This document shows, in pieces, positions 17,772 through 27,235 of a stretch of DNA of 64,000 nt (position 1 is its first letter; every line of letters starts with the position of its first letter). Source of the stretch: a bacterium (GTDB lineage Bacteria > UBA10199 > 2-02-FULL-44-16 > JAAZCA01). The stretch spans positions 704,001 through 768,000 of the forward strand of contig CAXXGI010000002.1 of assembly GCA_963674695.2 (NCBI GenBank). Direction: 5' to 3'. The notes under the pieces were generated by a model, which did not search any database, was not told the origin of the DNA, and saw only the letters and a list, made by a program, of their open reading frames with translations. Both the position numbers and the translations under genes were made by a program.

Positions 17772-18784
17772 AGGGATTCCTTTGCTGTCTTCGCGCGCGC
17801 GGTGTGCGCGAGTTTTCGAAACCCGCCCTGATCGATCGCGGCGAAGATGAGCCCCGATCCTACGAGCAGGGCCCCGAGCAGGGCGTGGAGGACGAGGGCA
17901 AAACCAAACGCCGCATCCCGATCAATCCCGAAGAGGCCCAGCGAGAGGATGCAGGCGAATTCAAACGTTCCCACCGCGCCCGGGGCTGCGGGCAGGATGA
18001 GGCCGAAGTTGACGACGATGAGGCAGAGCAGTACCGCGTTCGGTGCGAGCGCGAGGTCGAGCGCCCGGCCCACGCCCCAGAGGGTGAGCGCCTCCGATCC
18101 CCAGATGAGAAACGAGATCGCGATCGCCGGCAGGATGAGTGCGGGTTGTCCCATCGCCTTGAGCCCGTGGCTCAGTTGGTCGAGGATCGTCGCGATGCGT
18201 TCGGTCTTCTTCGATTGTCGGCGTCGGCACCATCGCTCGATGGCGCCCATCAGGCGATGGCGAAAGCCGGAAGCGAGGGCGAGCACGATCGCGGCGCCGA
18301 TGAAGAGGGCGGCTCCCGCCTGCAGTATGGCGGTGACCCATTCGGGAAAGTCGGTCGCGGTCATCAAGAGGGCGAGGATCGCCAGGAGCGTGAGTCCATC
18401 GAGGACGCGTTCGAGGACGATGGAGGATAGTGCTGTGGCGACATTCGTTCCCCCGCGACGGCGGAGCGCTGCGACGCGGACGATCTCTCCCGCGCGGAAG
18501 GGGAGCACACTGTTGCCCGCCGCGCCGATGAGCGTGGCGGAGAAGAGTTCCCGAAAGGTTGGCATCGGCGCGGTGCCGTGCAGCAGGAAGGTCCATCGTG
18601 CCGCGCGCAGGAGATAGGCGACGGCCACCGGAACGGCGGCGAGCGCCAAGACGGCCAGATCGATCTGCGCAAGCGCCTCCCATACCAGGGGGAAGCGCAC
18701 GCCGCGCAGGGCCAGCGCCAGAAAGACGAGGCTGATCAGGATGCCTGCACCGATGCGCAGGCTCTTGGATACGGCAGGGCGCAT
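17768..18784 (-). CDS. LPG-synthase TM / flippase-like membrane protein (UPF0104)
   Basis: LRAARW, NSVLPFRAGEIVR, LERVLDG, PAAPGAVGTFE. Confidence 0.88.
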   Translation of the reverse strand: MRPAVSKSLRIGAGILISLVFLALALRGVRFPLVWEALAQIDLAVLALAAVPVAVAYLLRAARWTFLLHGTAPMPTFRELFSATLIGAAGNSVLPFRAGEIVRVAALRRRGGTNVATALSSIVLERVLDGLTLLAILALLMTATDFPEWVTAILQAGAALFIGAAIVLALASGFRHRLMGAIERWCRRRQSKKTERIATILDQLSHGLKAMGQPALILPAIAISFLIWGSEALTLWGVGRALDLALAPNAVLLCLIVVNFGLILPAAPGAVGTFEFACILSLGLFGIDRDAAFGFALVLHALLGALLVGSGLIFAAIDQGGFRKLAHTARAKTAKESL

Positions 18785-18794
18785 GCGGAAAACC

Positions 18795-18872
18795 TCACTT
18801 CGATTCGCTGATGCGCTGGGCGTCGATCAGGAACTGCTGGCCGACGTCGCTGGAGTCGATGAAGAGGGTCAT
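18795..18872 (-). pseudogene. Possible transaldolase N-terminal remnant
   Basis: MTLFIDSSDV.. with strong RBS resembles a transaldolase start (M.LF.DSA..) and then ends. Lies downstream of an SIS gene. Confidence 0.35.
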
Positions 18873-18913
18873 GTGTATTTCTCCTTTGAAGAAAGTGTGT
18901 TCATGCTTGAGGA

Positions 18914-19011
18914 TGTCATTCCCGCGAAAGCGGGAATCTCGATTGTGAGATTCCATCGAGATCCCCGATGGAGCCTGCCCCCGAATGATTGAATCGGGGG
19001 CGAGGATGACA
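18914..19011. repeat. REP-type palindromic repeat (GTCATTCCCGCGAAAGCGGGAATC family)
   Basis: Shares arms with copies at 32589, 47430 and 48221. Confidence 0.85.
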
Positions 19012-19020
19012 AAGCCAAGT

Positions 19021-19623
19021 TCATGCCGGTACAATCGATTCCCATTTCATCTCAGCGGCCCGCATCTCCGGGTGCGAGGCGATCAGGTGCCAGATGACCG
19101 CTTGAAAGGCCTCGGTGTGCGGCGTGACCGTGTCGGCTGAGACCGTCGGGACGACGACGCAGGCATCGGCGACCTTTGCGGTATAGCCACCGTCGCGGCC
19201 GACGATTCCCATCACCTTCGCGCCCACGCCCTGGGCATATGTGAGCGCCTCGACGAGATTCGCGCTGACGTTGCGCTGTGCGTCCCCTCCGCCGACGGAG
19301 AAGACGAAGACGGCGTCCTTGCCGCTCAGACGGCTGCCTTCGAGCCAGGCGGCGAAGACGGTCGCCCACCCCTCGTCGTTGGTGCGCGCGGTCAGCTCCG
19401 CGACGTTGTCGCACGGTGTGTACGCTTCGATGTGCGCGATCTTGCGAAAGTCGCCGACCGCGTGTGAGGCGTGCGCTGCCCCTCCGCCGACGCCGATGCA
19501 GAAGAGGCGTCCATCGCGTGCGCGCAGGTCGATGAGCGCGGCGACCATTCGGCTGATGGCATCGGCGTCGATCGTCTTGGCGATGGTCGCGGTTTCATCC
19601 AGATAGCGTTTGACGTAGTCCAT
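19021..19623 (-). CDS. SIS-domain phosphoheptose isomerase-like protein
   Basis: GVGGGAAHASH, DNVAELTARTND, FSVGGG, TPHTEAFQ. Confidence 0.88.
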   Translation of the reverse strand: MDYVKRYLDETATIAKTIDADAISRMVAALIDLRARDGRLFCIGVGGGAAHASHAVGDFRKIAHIEAYTPCDNVAELTARTNDEGWATVFAAWLEGSRLSGKDAVFVFSVGGGDAQRNVSANLVEALTYAQGVGAKVMGIVGRDGGYTAKVADACVVVPTVSADTVTPHTEAFQAVIWHLIASHPEMRAAEMKWESIVPA

Positions 19624-19629
19624 GGCTTA

Positions 19630-19886
19630 TCCTTTTTCGAGTTGGTCGATGAGGGCGAGCGCTTCAGTAAGCGTCGCAGCACGATGGTCCGGTTTGAGCT
19701 CACGAATGTACCATGTTTTTCCTCAACGTAAAAAACAAAAAAGCTCGCGTCCCCTGCGCCGGAGATCTTGCCGTCGAGCGCCCCAGCGCGTTTGGCCTCT
19801 TCGTAGATCTCGGGGGGTGTTATCTTGGTTGACCAGCATGAAATCATGGCGGTCGAGATCAGGAACTTCAAATGCATTGACCTCAT
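19630..19886 (-). pseudogene. C-terminal remnant of a GHMP sugar kinase
   Basis: EIYEEAKRAGALDGKISGAGDASFFVFY matches the GHMP C-terminal GA.GGK..GAGGGG motif. No full-length ORF. Confidence 0.6.
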
Positions 19887-20054
19887 CTATGACCTTAAGA
19901 ATTAGTGAAACGCCGATTGTGTCTTGCAGTTTCTGCACAAACGCGGCATCCACTGTTGTGGGTATTTCGCGGAATTCGAAGGCCAGAACATGGACGCGCC
20001 GGGCTATTGTAGTGGCGGCCTGGCAGAGGAGCTCATCGTAAGTCAGGAAATTAT

Positions 20055-21008
20055 ATGAATATTCTCGTTACCGGCGGCGCTGGTTTCGTGGGCAGCAATC
20101 TCATCGATCGCCTCCTTGCGGAGGGGCACGATGTCGTCTGTGTCGACGATCTGAGCCTGGGGCGCTTGTTCAACATCGAACGGCACCTCTGCGATGAGCG
20201 TTTCACATTCGTCCAATCCAATATTGCAGACTACGGCGCGATTCGGCACATTTTCACGGAATACGCCATCGAGACTATCTTCCACCTGGCGGCGAACTCC
20301 GACATCCGTCGCTCTGCTGAATCTCCTGGGGAGGATCTTTCGCGCACGCTTCTCACGACCTTCTCTGTACTCGAAGGGATGCGCGAAAGCAAAGCGCGAC
20401 AGATCATCTTTTCCTCGAGCAGCGCCATCTATGGCGAACACGATGGCGCGCTCCGCGAAGAGAGCGGTCCTCTCTTTCCTCTTTCGCATTACGGGGCTGC
20501 AAAACTCGGCTCTGAGGGCTTCATCAGTTCCTATGGTGAAAACTATGGGATCAGGAGCTGGATCGTGCGTTTCCCGAACGTGGTTGGGCCGCGGATGACG
20601 CACGGCGTCCTCTACGATTTTCTGCACAGACTTCAGGAGAATCCGGAGTGCCTCGCGATTCTTGGCGATGGCTCGCAGACAAAGCCTTATCTCCATGTTG
20701 CGGACCTCATCGAAGCGATGCTCTTCGTCTGGAAGCACGCGGATGGAAAGCGTAGCTGTTTCAACGTGGGAACCGAGAGCGCCACCAGCGTTACGCAGAT
20801 CGCACAAATTGCGTGCGAGGAACGGGGGTTGAAGAATACGATCTTCAACTACTCTGGCGGCAAGCGCGGCTGGACGGGGGATGTTCCGTGCTTTCGATAC
20901 GACCTCTCCCATATCCACGCTTTGGGATGGCGCGCATCGATGAACTCCGACGATGCCGTCCGCAGGGCAGCGCGTGAACTCCTGGCAGAGGAGGCGGCCG
21001 AACGATGA
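20055..21008 (+). CDS. NAD-dependent epimerase/dehydratase
   Basis: [29 protein letters not shown]. Confidence 0.92.
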   Translation: MNILVTGGAGFVGSNLIDRLLAEGHDVVCVDDLSLGRLFNIERHLCDERFTFVQSNIADYGAIRHIFTEYAIETIFHLAANSDIRRSAESPGEDLSRTLLTTFSVLEGMRESKARQIIFSSSSAIYGEHDGALREESGPLFPLSHYGAAKLGSEGFISSYGENYGIRSWIVRFPNVVGPRMTHGVLYDFLHRLQENPECLAILGDGSQTKPYLHVADLIEAMLFVWKHADGKRSCFNVGTESATSVTQIAQIACEERGLKNTIFNYSGGKRGWTGDVPCFRYDLSHIHALGWRASMNSDDAVRRAARELLAEEAAER

Positions 21009-22300
21009 AAGCAGTCATCATCGCAGGCGGCAAGGGTCGGCGCATGGGCAAACTCTCCGGGGAAATCCCGAAGTCGATGATTTTCTTTGCGGGTAAACCG
21101 ATTATCCAACATCAGATCGAGCTGCTCGCGCGTTACGGCATCATCGATGCCACTGTTATCACTTGTCACCTTTCGAAGGCGATCGAGGACTTTCTCGGTG
21201 ACGGTAGCCGCTTCGGTGTGAAGATCAGTTATTATAGAGAAGAACGGTCGCTCGGAACGACGGGAGGCTTGAAGGAGATTGAGGGCCAGCTCACCGAAGA
21301 ATTCCTCGTGATCTACGGCGATGTGATGCTCGACATGGACTTCTCGCGTCTCATTGCGTTTCATCGTGGCCACGGAGGGGCAGCGACGCTCGTAGTGCAT
21401 CCCAACGACCATCCACTTGACAGCGACCTCGTTGAGATAGTTGGCGACGGCCGCATCGTCGTCTTTCACCCCAAGCCGCACGAGGAAAATCACTTCTACC
21501 ATAATATGGTTAGTGCCGGCGTCTATGTCCTCTCGCCGCAGATCCTTGCACACATCCCACGCGGCGTGAAGTCCGATTTTGGGCGGAGGATCTTTCCATC
21601 GATTGTTACGCAGGAAGAGCTCTACGGCTACAACACGCCGGAGTATGTGAAGGACATCGGCACGCCTGAGCGCACCAAAGAGGTGCGCTCAGATGTCGAG
21701 AACGGAAAGGTGGCGCGCCTGAACCTCGTCAACGAGCGGCCAGCGATCTTTCTCGACCGCGATGGTGTGATTAACCGTTCCACGGGGCTCTTAAAGCGCG
21801 CCGAGGACTTCGAGCTGCTTCCCGGCGTGGCCGAGGCGGTTTGCGCCATCAATCGATCGGAGTACCTTGCCGTTGTCATCACGAATCAGCCGGTTATCGC
21901 GCGCAATCTCTGTACGCTTGAGGGGCTGGACGAGATCCACAAGAAGATGGAGACGTTGCTCGGCCGCGCGGGCGCTAAGTTCGATGCGATTAAATTCTGC
22001 CCGCATCATCCTGATCGCGGCTATCCTGGTGAGAACCCCGTCTACAAGATCGATTGCGACTGCCGCAAACCAAAGCCGGGCATGGTATTCGAGGCGGCGG
22101 AGGAATTTCACATCGATCTGACGCGTTCCTTTTTGATCGGCGATGCAGAGCGCGATATTATCTGTGGGAAGAACGCCGGTGTGAGGACGGTAGTACTCAC
22201 GAGTGGTGCGGAATACGATACCGTTGTCACCGAACCCGATTATCGCTGCCGTGATCTGGGGGAGGCGGTCGCCTTTATCCTCGAGGAGAGCCAAAGATGA
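21005..22300 (+). CDS. Fused heptose-1-phosphate nucleotidyltransferase (HddC-like) / heptose-1,7-bisphosphate phosphatase (GmhB)
   Basis: AGGKGRR..IPK N-terminal NTP transferase. C-terminal HAD FLDRDGVIN, CPHH, CDCRKPKPG, IGD. Confidence 0.9.
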   Translation: MKAVIIAGGKGRRMGKLSGEIPKSMIFFAGKPIIQHQIELLARYGIIDATVITCHLSKAIEDFLGDGSRFGVKISYYREERSLGTTGGLKEIEGQLTEEFLVIYGDVMLDMDFSRLIAFHRGHGGAATLVVHPNDHPLDSDLVEIVGDGRIVVFHPKPHEENHFYHNMVSAGVYVLSPQILAHIPRGVKSDFGRRIFPSIVTQEELYGYNTPEYVKDIGTPERTKEVRSDVENGKVARLNLVNERPAIFLDRDGVINRSTGLLKRAEDFELLPGVAEAVCAINRSEYLAVVITNQPVIARNLCTLEGLDEIHKKMETLLGRAGAKFDAIKFCPHHPDRGYPGENPVYKIDCDCRKPKPGMVFEAAEEFHIDLTRSFLIGDAERDIICGKNAGVRTVVLTSGAEYDTVVTEPDYRCRDLGEAVAFILEESQR

Positions 22301-23286
22301 TTATCACCAAAACCCCCTTCCGCATCAGCTTCGTCGGTGGTGGATCCGACCTCGAGGCCTTCTCGATGCAGCATACAGGCGCTGTGTTATCTACGACGAT
22401 CGACAAGTACATGTACCTCTCATCGCACAATTTTTTCAACAGCGACAAGGTGCGTCTCAAGTACGCCAAGACGGAGACAGTTTCGGATATCGCTGCCATC
22501 GAGCATCCGATCGTGCGCGAAGTCCTGCAACAATTTCACGTCGAGGGCGCGCTGGAAATCAGCTCGAACGCCGATGTCCCCGCTGGAACGGGGCTCGGTT
22601 CCTCTTCGGCATTCACCGTGGGACTTCTCCACAACATGTACGCGCGCACCAGCGAGTTTGTGACGAAGCAGCGTCTCGCCGAGGAGGCCTGTGAGATCGA
22701 GATCAACCGTCTCGGGGAACCGATTGGAAAACAGGATCAGTATGCCGCTGCCTTTGGAGGGCTGAATATCATCACCTTTGCCACCACGGGGGAGGTCACG
22801 GTAGAACCGATCCACCTGAAGCGCGAGACCTATCGCCGTCTGCGCAAAAGCCTCGTCCTCCTCTACCTTGGCTCGGAGCGCGCCACCGCCGATATTCTCA
22901 ATGATCAACGTCGGAACATGGCCGACGAGGAAAAGGTGGCGCGACTCTGCGAAATGGTGAAGTTTGTCTGGCGCGCGCGCGATGCGCTCTACCGCGACGA
23001 CATCGAGGGATTCGGCAAACTGCTGCATGAGAACTGGGTGCTCAAGCGCGAGCTTGCATCGAACATCGCCAACGAGCAGATCGACACGCTCTACCGTACA
23101 GCGCTCAATGCTGGCGCGTTCGGCGGCAAGGTCCTGGGGGCGGGCGGCGGGGGTTTCCTGCTGCTCTGCTGCCCCCCCGGACGACGCGACGCGCTTTGTT
23201 CGGCGATGGGCGGCCTGCGGGAACTGGGGTTCAAATTTGAAAATGAGGGTTCGAAGGTCATCTATGCGGGAGGTGAATATGACTGA
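22297..23286 (+). CDS. hddA: D-glycero-D-manno-heptose 7-phosphate kinase (GHMP)
   Basis: TPFRISFVGGGSD, PAGTGLGSSS, GKQDQY, GGKVLGAGGGG. Confidence 0.85.
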   Translation: MIITKTPFRISFVGGGSDLEAFSMQHTGAVLSTTIDKYMYLSSHNFFNSDKVRLKYAKTETVSDIAAIEHPIVREVLQQFHVEGALEISSNADVPAGTGLGSSSAFTVGLLHNMYARTSEFVTKQRLAEEACEIEINRLGEPIGKQDQYAAAFGGLNIITFATTGEVTVEPIHLKRETYRRLRKSLVLLYLGSERATADILNDQRRNMADEEKVARLCEMVKFVWRARDALYRDDIEGFGKLLHENWVLKRELASNIANEQIDTLYRTALNAGAFGGKVLGAGGGGFLLLCCPPGRRDALCSAMGGLRELGFKFENEGSKVIYAGGEYD

Positions 23287-23851
23287 GACGGCGAAGAAAA
23301 TCGACGATTATTTCGGGCAGGTCGGCTATGCGCTGGGCAAAATCGATCGAGCGAGTATGGAGCACTTCCTCAATCTGCTTGCCGAGACCAACGCAAAGGG
23401 ATCGATGATCTATCTCTTCGGTAACGGAGGAAGCGGCTCCACCGCGTCGCACTTTGCCTCGGATCTCACGAAGGACATTTCGCTGCATGTGCCGAAGCGC
23501 TTTAAGGCTGTTTGCTTCAATGACAATATTCCATCACTCTTGGCGATTGCCAACGACATCTCTTACGATGACGTTTTTGTCGAGCCGCTCAAGAATTTTT
23601 TGACGAAAGAAGATCTCGTCATCGGCATCTCAGGCAGTGGCAACTCGACGAACGTTGTGCGCGCCTTCGCCTATGCCACCAATGTGGGTGCGAAGACCGT
23701 GGCGATCTGCGGCATGAACGGCGGGGAGATTAAGGGAATGGCTTCGTTGGCGATCCACGTCCCGATCGATGACATGGAGATATCGGAGGATGCCCACCTC
23801 TCACTCTTCCATTGCGCGAAGCGCATTCTCATCGAACGGTTGAATGCATAG
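23279..23851 (+). CDS. gmhA: Phosphoheptose isomerase
   Basis: FGNGGSGSTASHF, AIAND, ISGSGNS.NV, EDAHL. Confidence 0.85.
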   Translation: MTETAKKIDDYFGQVGYALGKIDRASMEHFLNLLAETNAKGSMIYLFGNGGSGSTASHFASDLTKDISLHVPKRFKAVCFNDNIPSLLAIANDISYDDVFVEPLKNFLTKEDLVIGISGSGNSTNVVRAFAYATNVGAKTVAICGMNGGEIKGMASLAIHVPIDDMEISEDAHLSLFHCAKRILIERLNA

Positions 23852-23884
23852 AAAAGGGGGTATCTCTAAAAACCTCGTAAATTG

Positions 23885-23962
23885 CCCGTTCGTCCTGAAC
23901 TTGTCGAAGGACGGACCCTATGGAACAAGAGTTTTTTTCGTTCATGGTTCGACAAGCTCACC
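23885..23962. repeat. REP-type element (CCCGTTCGTCCTGA.CTTGTCGAAGG family)
   Basis: CTTGTCGAA ... TTCGACAAG inverted arms. Confidence 0.6.
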
Positions 23963-24083
23963 TAACGGTTGGGATGCTCCATTACAAGTGATTTAGCGGT
24001 CGTGCTGGGGGGGTGATGCTTTCCGTGTCGGCCTTCGCGGCGATATATGCTATAGAGAGCATGATCGAAAGGATGGGGGCGCG

Positions 24084-25562
24084 ATGTCGTTGCGGATGAC
24101 ACGAGTGCAGGCTGCATGTTGGATCACCGGTGTTTCGGTCGTTGTCGCCGGGCTCGTCATCTGGTGCTGGCGCGGCATCTACAATCACGATGAGGTGCAG
24201 CATCTGCATGCCGCTTGGCTCATCTGGCAGGGGCTCCATCCCTTTGCCGATTTCGTAGAGCAGCATCACCCCACGCTCTGGTATCTGCTGGCACCGCTTG
24301 CCGGTTCGATATCCTCGCCGCACCGGATCATCTTCGCGGCGCGCCTCTTCGATCTGGCCATGATCTCCGTGCTGGCCATCAGCGTGTTGCGCATCGCCCG
24401 GCGGCTCTATCCCACAACGTGGGGCTTTTGGCCGGTGGTAGTTCTCATGGGTTCGTCGCTCTTTCTGCAAAAACAGCTCGAGGTGCGCCCCGATGCGCTG
24501 ATGAACGTGATCGGTTTTGCCGGCATCGCCCTCTGGCTCTCGGCGCTCGCGAAGGGCAGTCGCGTCCAGGCCTTCCTCGCCGGCCTGCTCTCGGGGTTGG
24601 CCATCGCGGTCCTGCAAAAGTGGATGCCGATCGTCGTCCTTTTGGTTCTGGGTTCACTTCTGTCGATATTGCTGCCGTGCGATGCGCGCGGTCGTCGACG
24701 AAATCTGATCGACCTGACGCTCTTCATCCTGGGTGCGATCATTCCCGTTGGCACGCTCATAGCGGCCGCTTTCCTCGCCGGATGGGGAGAGGAATTTTTG
24801 TTTTGGAATTACACCTTCAACCGCTTCCTCTTCCTTCGGGAGAGCGCCATGGAGCGTATTCCGCTCTGGATTCCGTTTCTCAACTTGGCCCGCGATTCCG
24901 GCGGACTTGTCCTGCTGGGTCTGGCCGGGCTGGGGGTGATGGCGAGGGGATGGGGTCGTCGCCATGACGCGGACGATGCGATTGTTCGCGCGCGTCTGGT
25001 GGTGATCGTCCTCACGGTCGGCAGCGTTTTCTTCCTGCTGGGCAACCGCAATCTCTACTCGCAGTACTTTCTGCCGTGGCTCGTGTTGCTGGCGATCTGT
25101 TCGCAGGCTCTGTTCGCGCGTTTTTCCGGCGGGCGCGAGGGGCGACTCCTGAGGGGAGGAGCGATTGCGCTGGTCGCCATCGCCGCTGTCCTGCTCTCCA
25201 TGCGCAATACCAATGAACACCAGATCGCGGCGCATCGCTTCATCTTGAACGGGACGCGAGCCGATCGACCCGTGGCCATCTCGCCGCCGATGCACCCCAT
25301 CGTGCGGTTCGATACCCCGTACTTTTGGTACAACGGCCAGATGCTCGCCGGTCTCTATGCCGAATACTGCCGCACCAACGCCTGTGCACACGATTTTCTT
25401 GCGATCGAGGATAAACGCTGGGAGGAGATGCCGCCCGACCTGCTCTATCTGGCGGTCTTCCCGACGCGTATGCGCTTCTGGCCCTATCGCTGGCAGGAGC
25501 GACTCGAGGCCTATCGCCCCCTGAATGCCCCCGGTTTCTTCGTGCCGAAAGCGGATGAGTGA
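24084..25562 (+). CDS. GT-C (ArnT/PMT-like) membrane glycosyltransferase
   Basis: Polytopic. NHDEVQHLH, EQHHP, EVRPD. Paralog of 27236-28771. Confidence 0.8.
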   Translation: MSLRMTRVQAACWITGVSVVVAGLVIWCWRGIYNHDEVQHLHAAWLIWQGLHPFADFVEQHHPTLWYLLAPLAGSISSPHRIIFAARLFDLAMISVLAISVLRIARRLYPTTWGFWPVVVLMGSSLFLQKQLEVRPDALMNVIGFAGIALWLSALAKGSRVQAFLAGLLSGLAIAVLQKWMPIVVLLVLGSLLSILLPCDARGRRRNLIDLTLFILGAIIPVGTLIAAAFLAGWGEEFLFWNYTFNRFLFLRESAMERIPLWIPFLNLARDSGGLVLLGLAGLGVMARGWGRRHDADDAIVRARLVVIVLTVGSVFFLLGNRNLYSQYFLPWLVLLAICSQALFARFSGGREGRLLRGGAIALVAIAAVLLSMRNTNEHQIAAHRFILNGTRADRPVAISPPMHPIVRFDTPYFWYNGQMLAGLYAEYCRTNACAHDFLAIEDKRWEEMPPDLLYLAVFPTRMRFWPYRWQERLEAYRPLNAPGFFVPKADE

Positions 25563-25566
25563 GGGA

Positions 25567-27153
25567 TTACCGCTCGATGGCGCAGACGTCCTGCCCGTTT
25601 TCCCTGCGCACATGTCGCCGATGACAGGAGATGACGAACGGGCCCATGTGGCCGAAGAGCCTGTAGTCCTTCCGGAGCAGATCGCCCAGCGTGATGCGAA
25701 GCGCAGGGGGAATGAAACCGTTGAAGCTGTGCTTGGGCATGTCGATGAAGACGTCCGGCGGGTCGGTATACATCCCCGACAGAAAACGCTCGATGCGCTT
25801 TGCGCGCGCTTTCGGTTCTCCGAAGAGCAACGGATTAAAATAGAAGAATGGACTCGGACTGTTTCGTTTTGAATGATAGTAGAGCCCGGTCTCGTCGTTG
25901 AAGGCCAGGATCGTGAGCCCATCGCGCAGGTTCTCCCCGAGAAAGGTGCCGACCGCCTTGCTGATCGGAAAGAGGTTGTTGCCGTACTTCTGTCGCGAGA
26001 GCGTGTTCGGCGGGGTCGTGAGAAACGCGATGTTGCCGATGAGCAGCGGGACGCCGATGATGAGTGCGAGGAGGAGGGCAATGAATCGCGGACGCAAACG
26101 GAGTGCGCGCACGCCGCTTGCGCGCGTCACCATTTCGGTCAACGCCCAGGTGGCCGTCAGGATCAGGAACGGGACGAGGAGTTGATAATAGTGGGGGAAG
26201 AAACGCCAGGGCGCAGCCACCTCCATCGCGGCGGCCAGGAGGAGAATCACGAGGACGAGTTTTTTGCGTCGATGTTCGGGAAAGAGGAGCGTGAGGAGGA
26301 AGACGCCGGTGAGCCATATCAGCGGCCGCTCCCAGGCCATCTCCGGCGGGAGGAGGGCTTGCCCGATGGGGACGGTGCTGACGGGGTTATTGAAGGCATA
26401 CATTCGGTTGAAGATGAAGACCGCTTCCCAGAAGGGAACGAGGGCGCCGGCATGCCAGAGGCCGATCAGGAGCACGCCCCAGGTGGCGGCGGCGGCCAGG
26501 CCGAAGAGGCCCACGCCCCCGATGCGCTCGCGAATGCTTCGGATCGATGGCGTGGGCAGGGTCAGTAGGATGAAGGCCAGTCCCATCCACGTGAAGATCG
26601 TCATCATCTTGATGGTCGAGCTCACACCGATGAGGAGTCCGGCCAGCACCAGGAGTTCCCACCGTCGCCGCCCGATGCCTTCGCGCGCGCGCAGCAGCGC
26701 GAAGATCCCCATCAGCTTGAAGGCGTTGATGAGCAGTTCGCCGTCGGGTTGGTTCATCTGGAGCATCGCATCCTGAGCGATGAGCCCATAGAGCGCCATA
26801 GCGACGAGCGCGGGCACGCCTCCGATGAGCTCTCGCGCGATCAGCCCGATGCCGATCAGGACGATCCCGTTGAAGACGACGCCCAGCATGAAGATGGCCC
26901 AATCGGTATAGCCGAAGAGAAGCTGAAAGGCGCCGAAGATCGCGGGCGTGGTCGGCGGCTTATGGTCCCAGACATCGATGTAGGCGCGTTTCCCCTCGAT
27001 GAGTTGGTGGGCCATGTAGGAGAAGCCGGTGATGTCGCGTTCGAAGGGTTCGTGGAGCGTGTGTAGACGCGCGAGCGCCATGCCGGCCAGGATTACGAGG
27101 GCGACGATCACAAACGTCGTGCGAGAGGTGAGGGTGAGTGTCTTTGTCGGCAT
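25567..27153 (-). CDS. GT-C (ArnT/PMT-like) membrane glycosyltransferase
   Basis: Polytopic. ERD, YIDVWDHKPP, FFPHYY. Confidence 0.8.
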   Translation of the reverse strand: MPTKTLTLTSRTTFVIVALVILAGMALARLHTLHEPFERDITGFSYMAHQLIEGKRAYIDVWDHKPPTTPAIFGAFQLLFGYTDWAIFMLGVVFNGIVLIGIGLIARELIGGVPALVAMALYGLIAQDAMLQMNQPDGELLINAFKLMGIFALLRAREGIGRRRWELLVLAGLLIGVSSTIKMMTIFTWMGLAFILLTLPTPSIRSIRERIGGVGLFGLAAAATWGVLLIGLWHAGALVPFWEAVFIFNRMYAFNNPVSTVPIGQALLPPEMAWERPLIWLTGVFLLTLLFPEHRRKKLVLVILLLAAAMEVAAPWRFFPHYYQLLVPFLILTATWALTEMVTRASGVRALRLRPRFIALLLALIIGVPLLIGNIAFLTTPPNTLSRQKYGNNLFPISKAVGTFLGENLRDGLTILAFNDETGLYYHSKRNSPSPFFYFNPLLFGEPKARAKRIERFLSGMYTDPPDVFIDMPKHSFNGFIPPALRITLGDLLRKDYRLFGHMGPFVISCHRRHVRRENGQDVCAIER

Positions 27154-27235
27154 TTCCCCTTGTAGCATCCTTGCAGCGGCGCGGCAAATGAGATGAGGGA
27201 TGATATGAGGGGGGAAAGTATGCTACATCTCGTGC

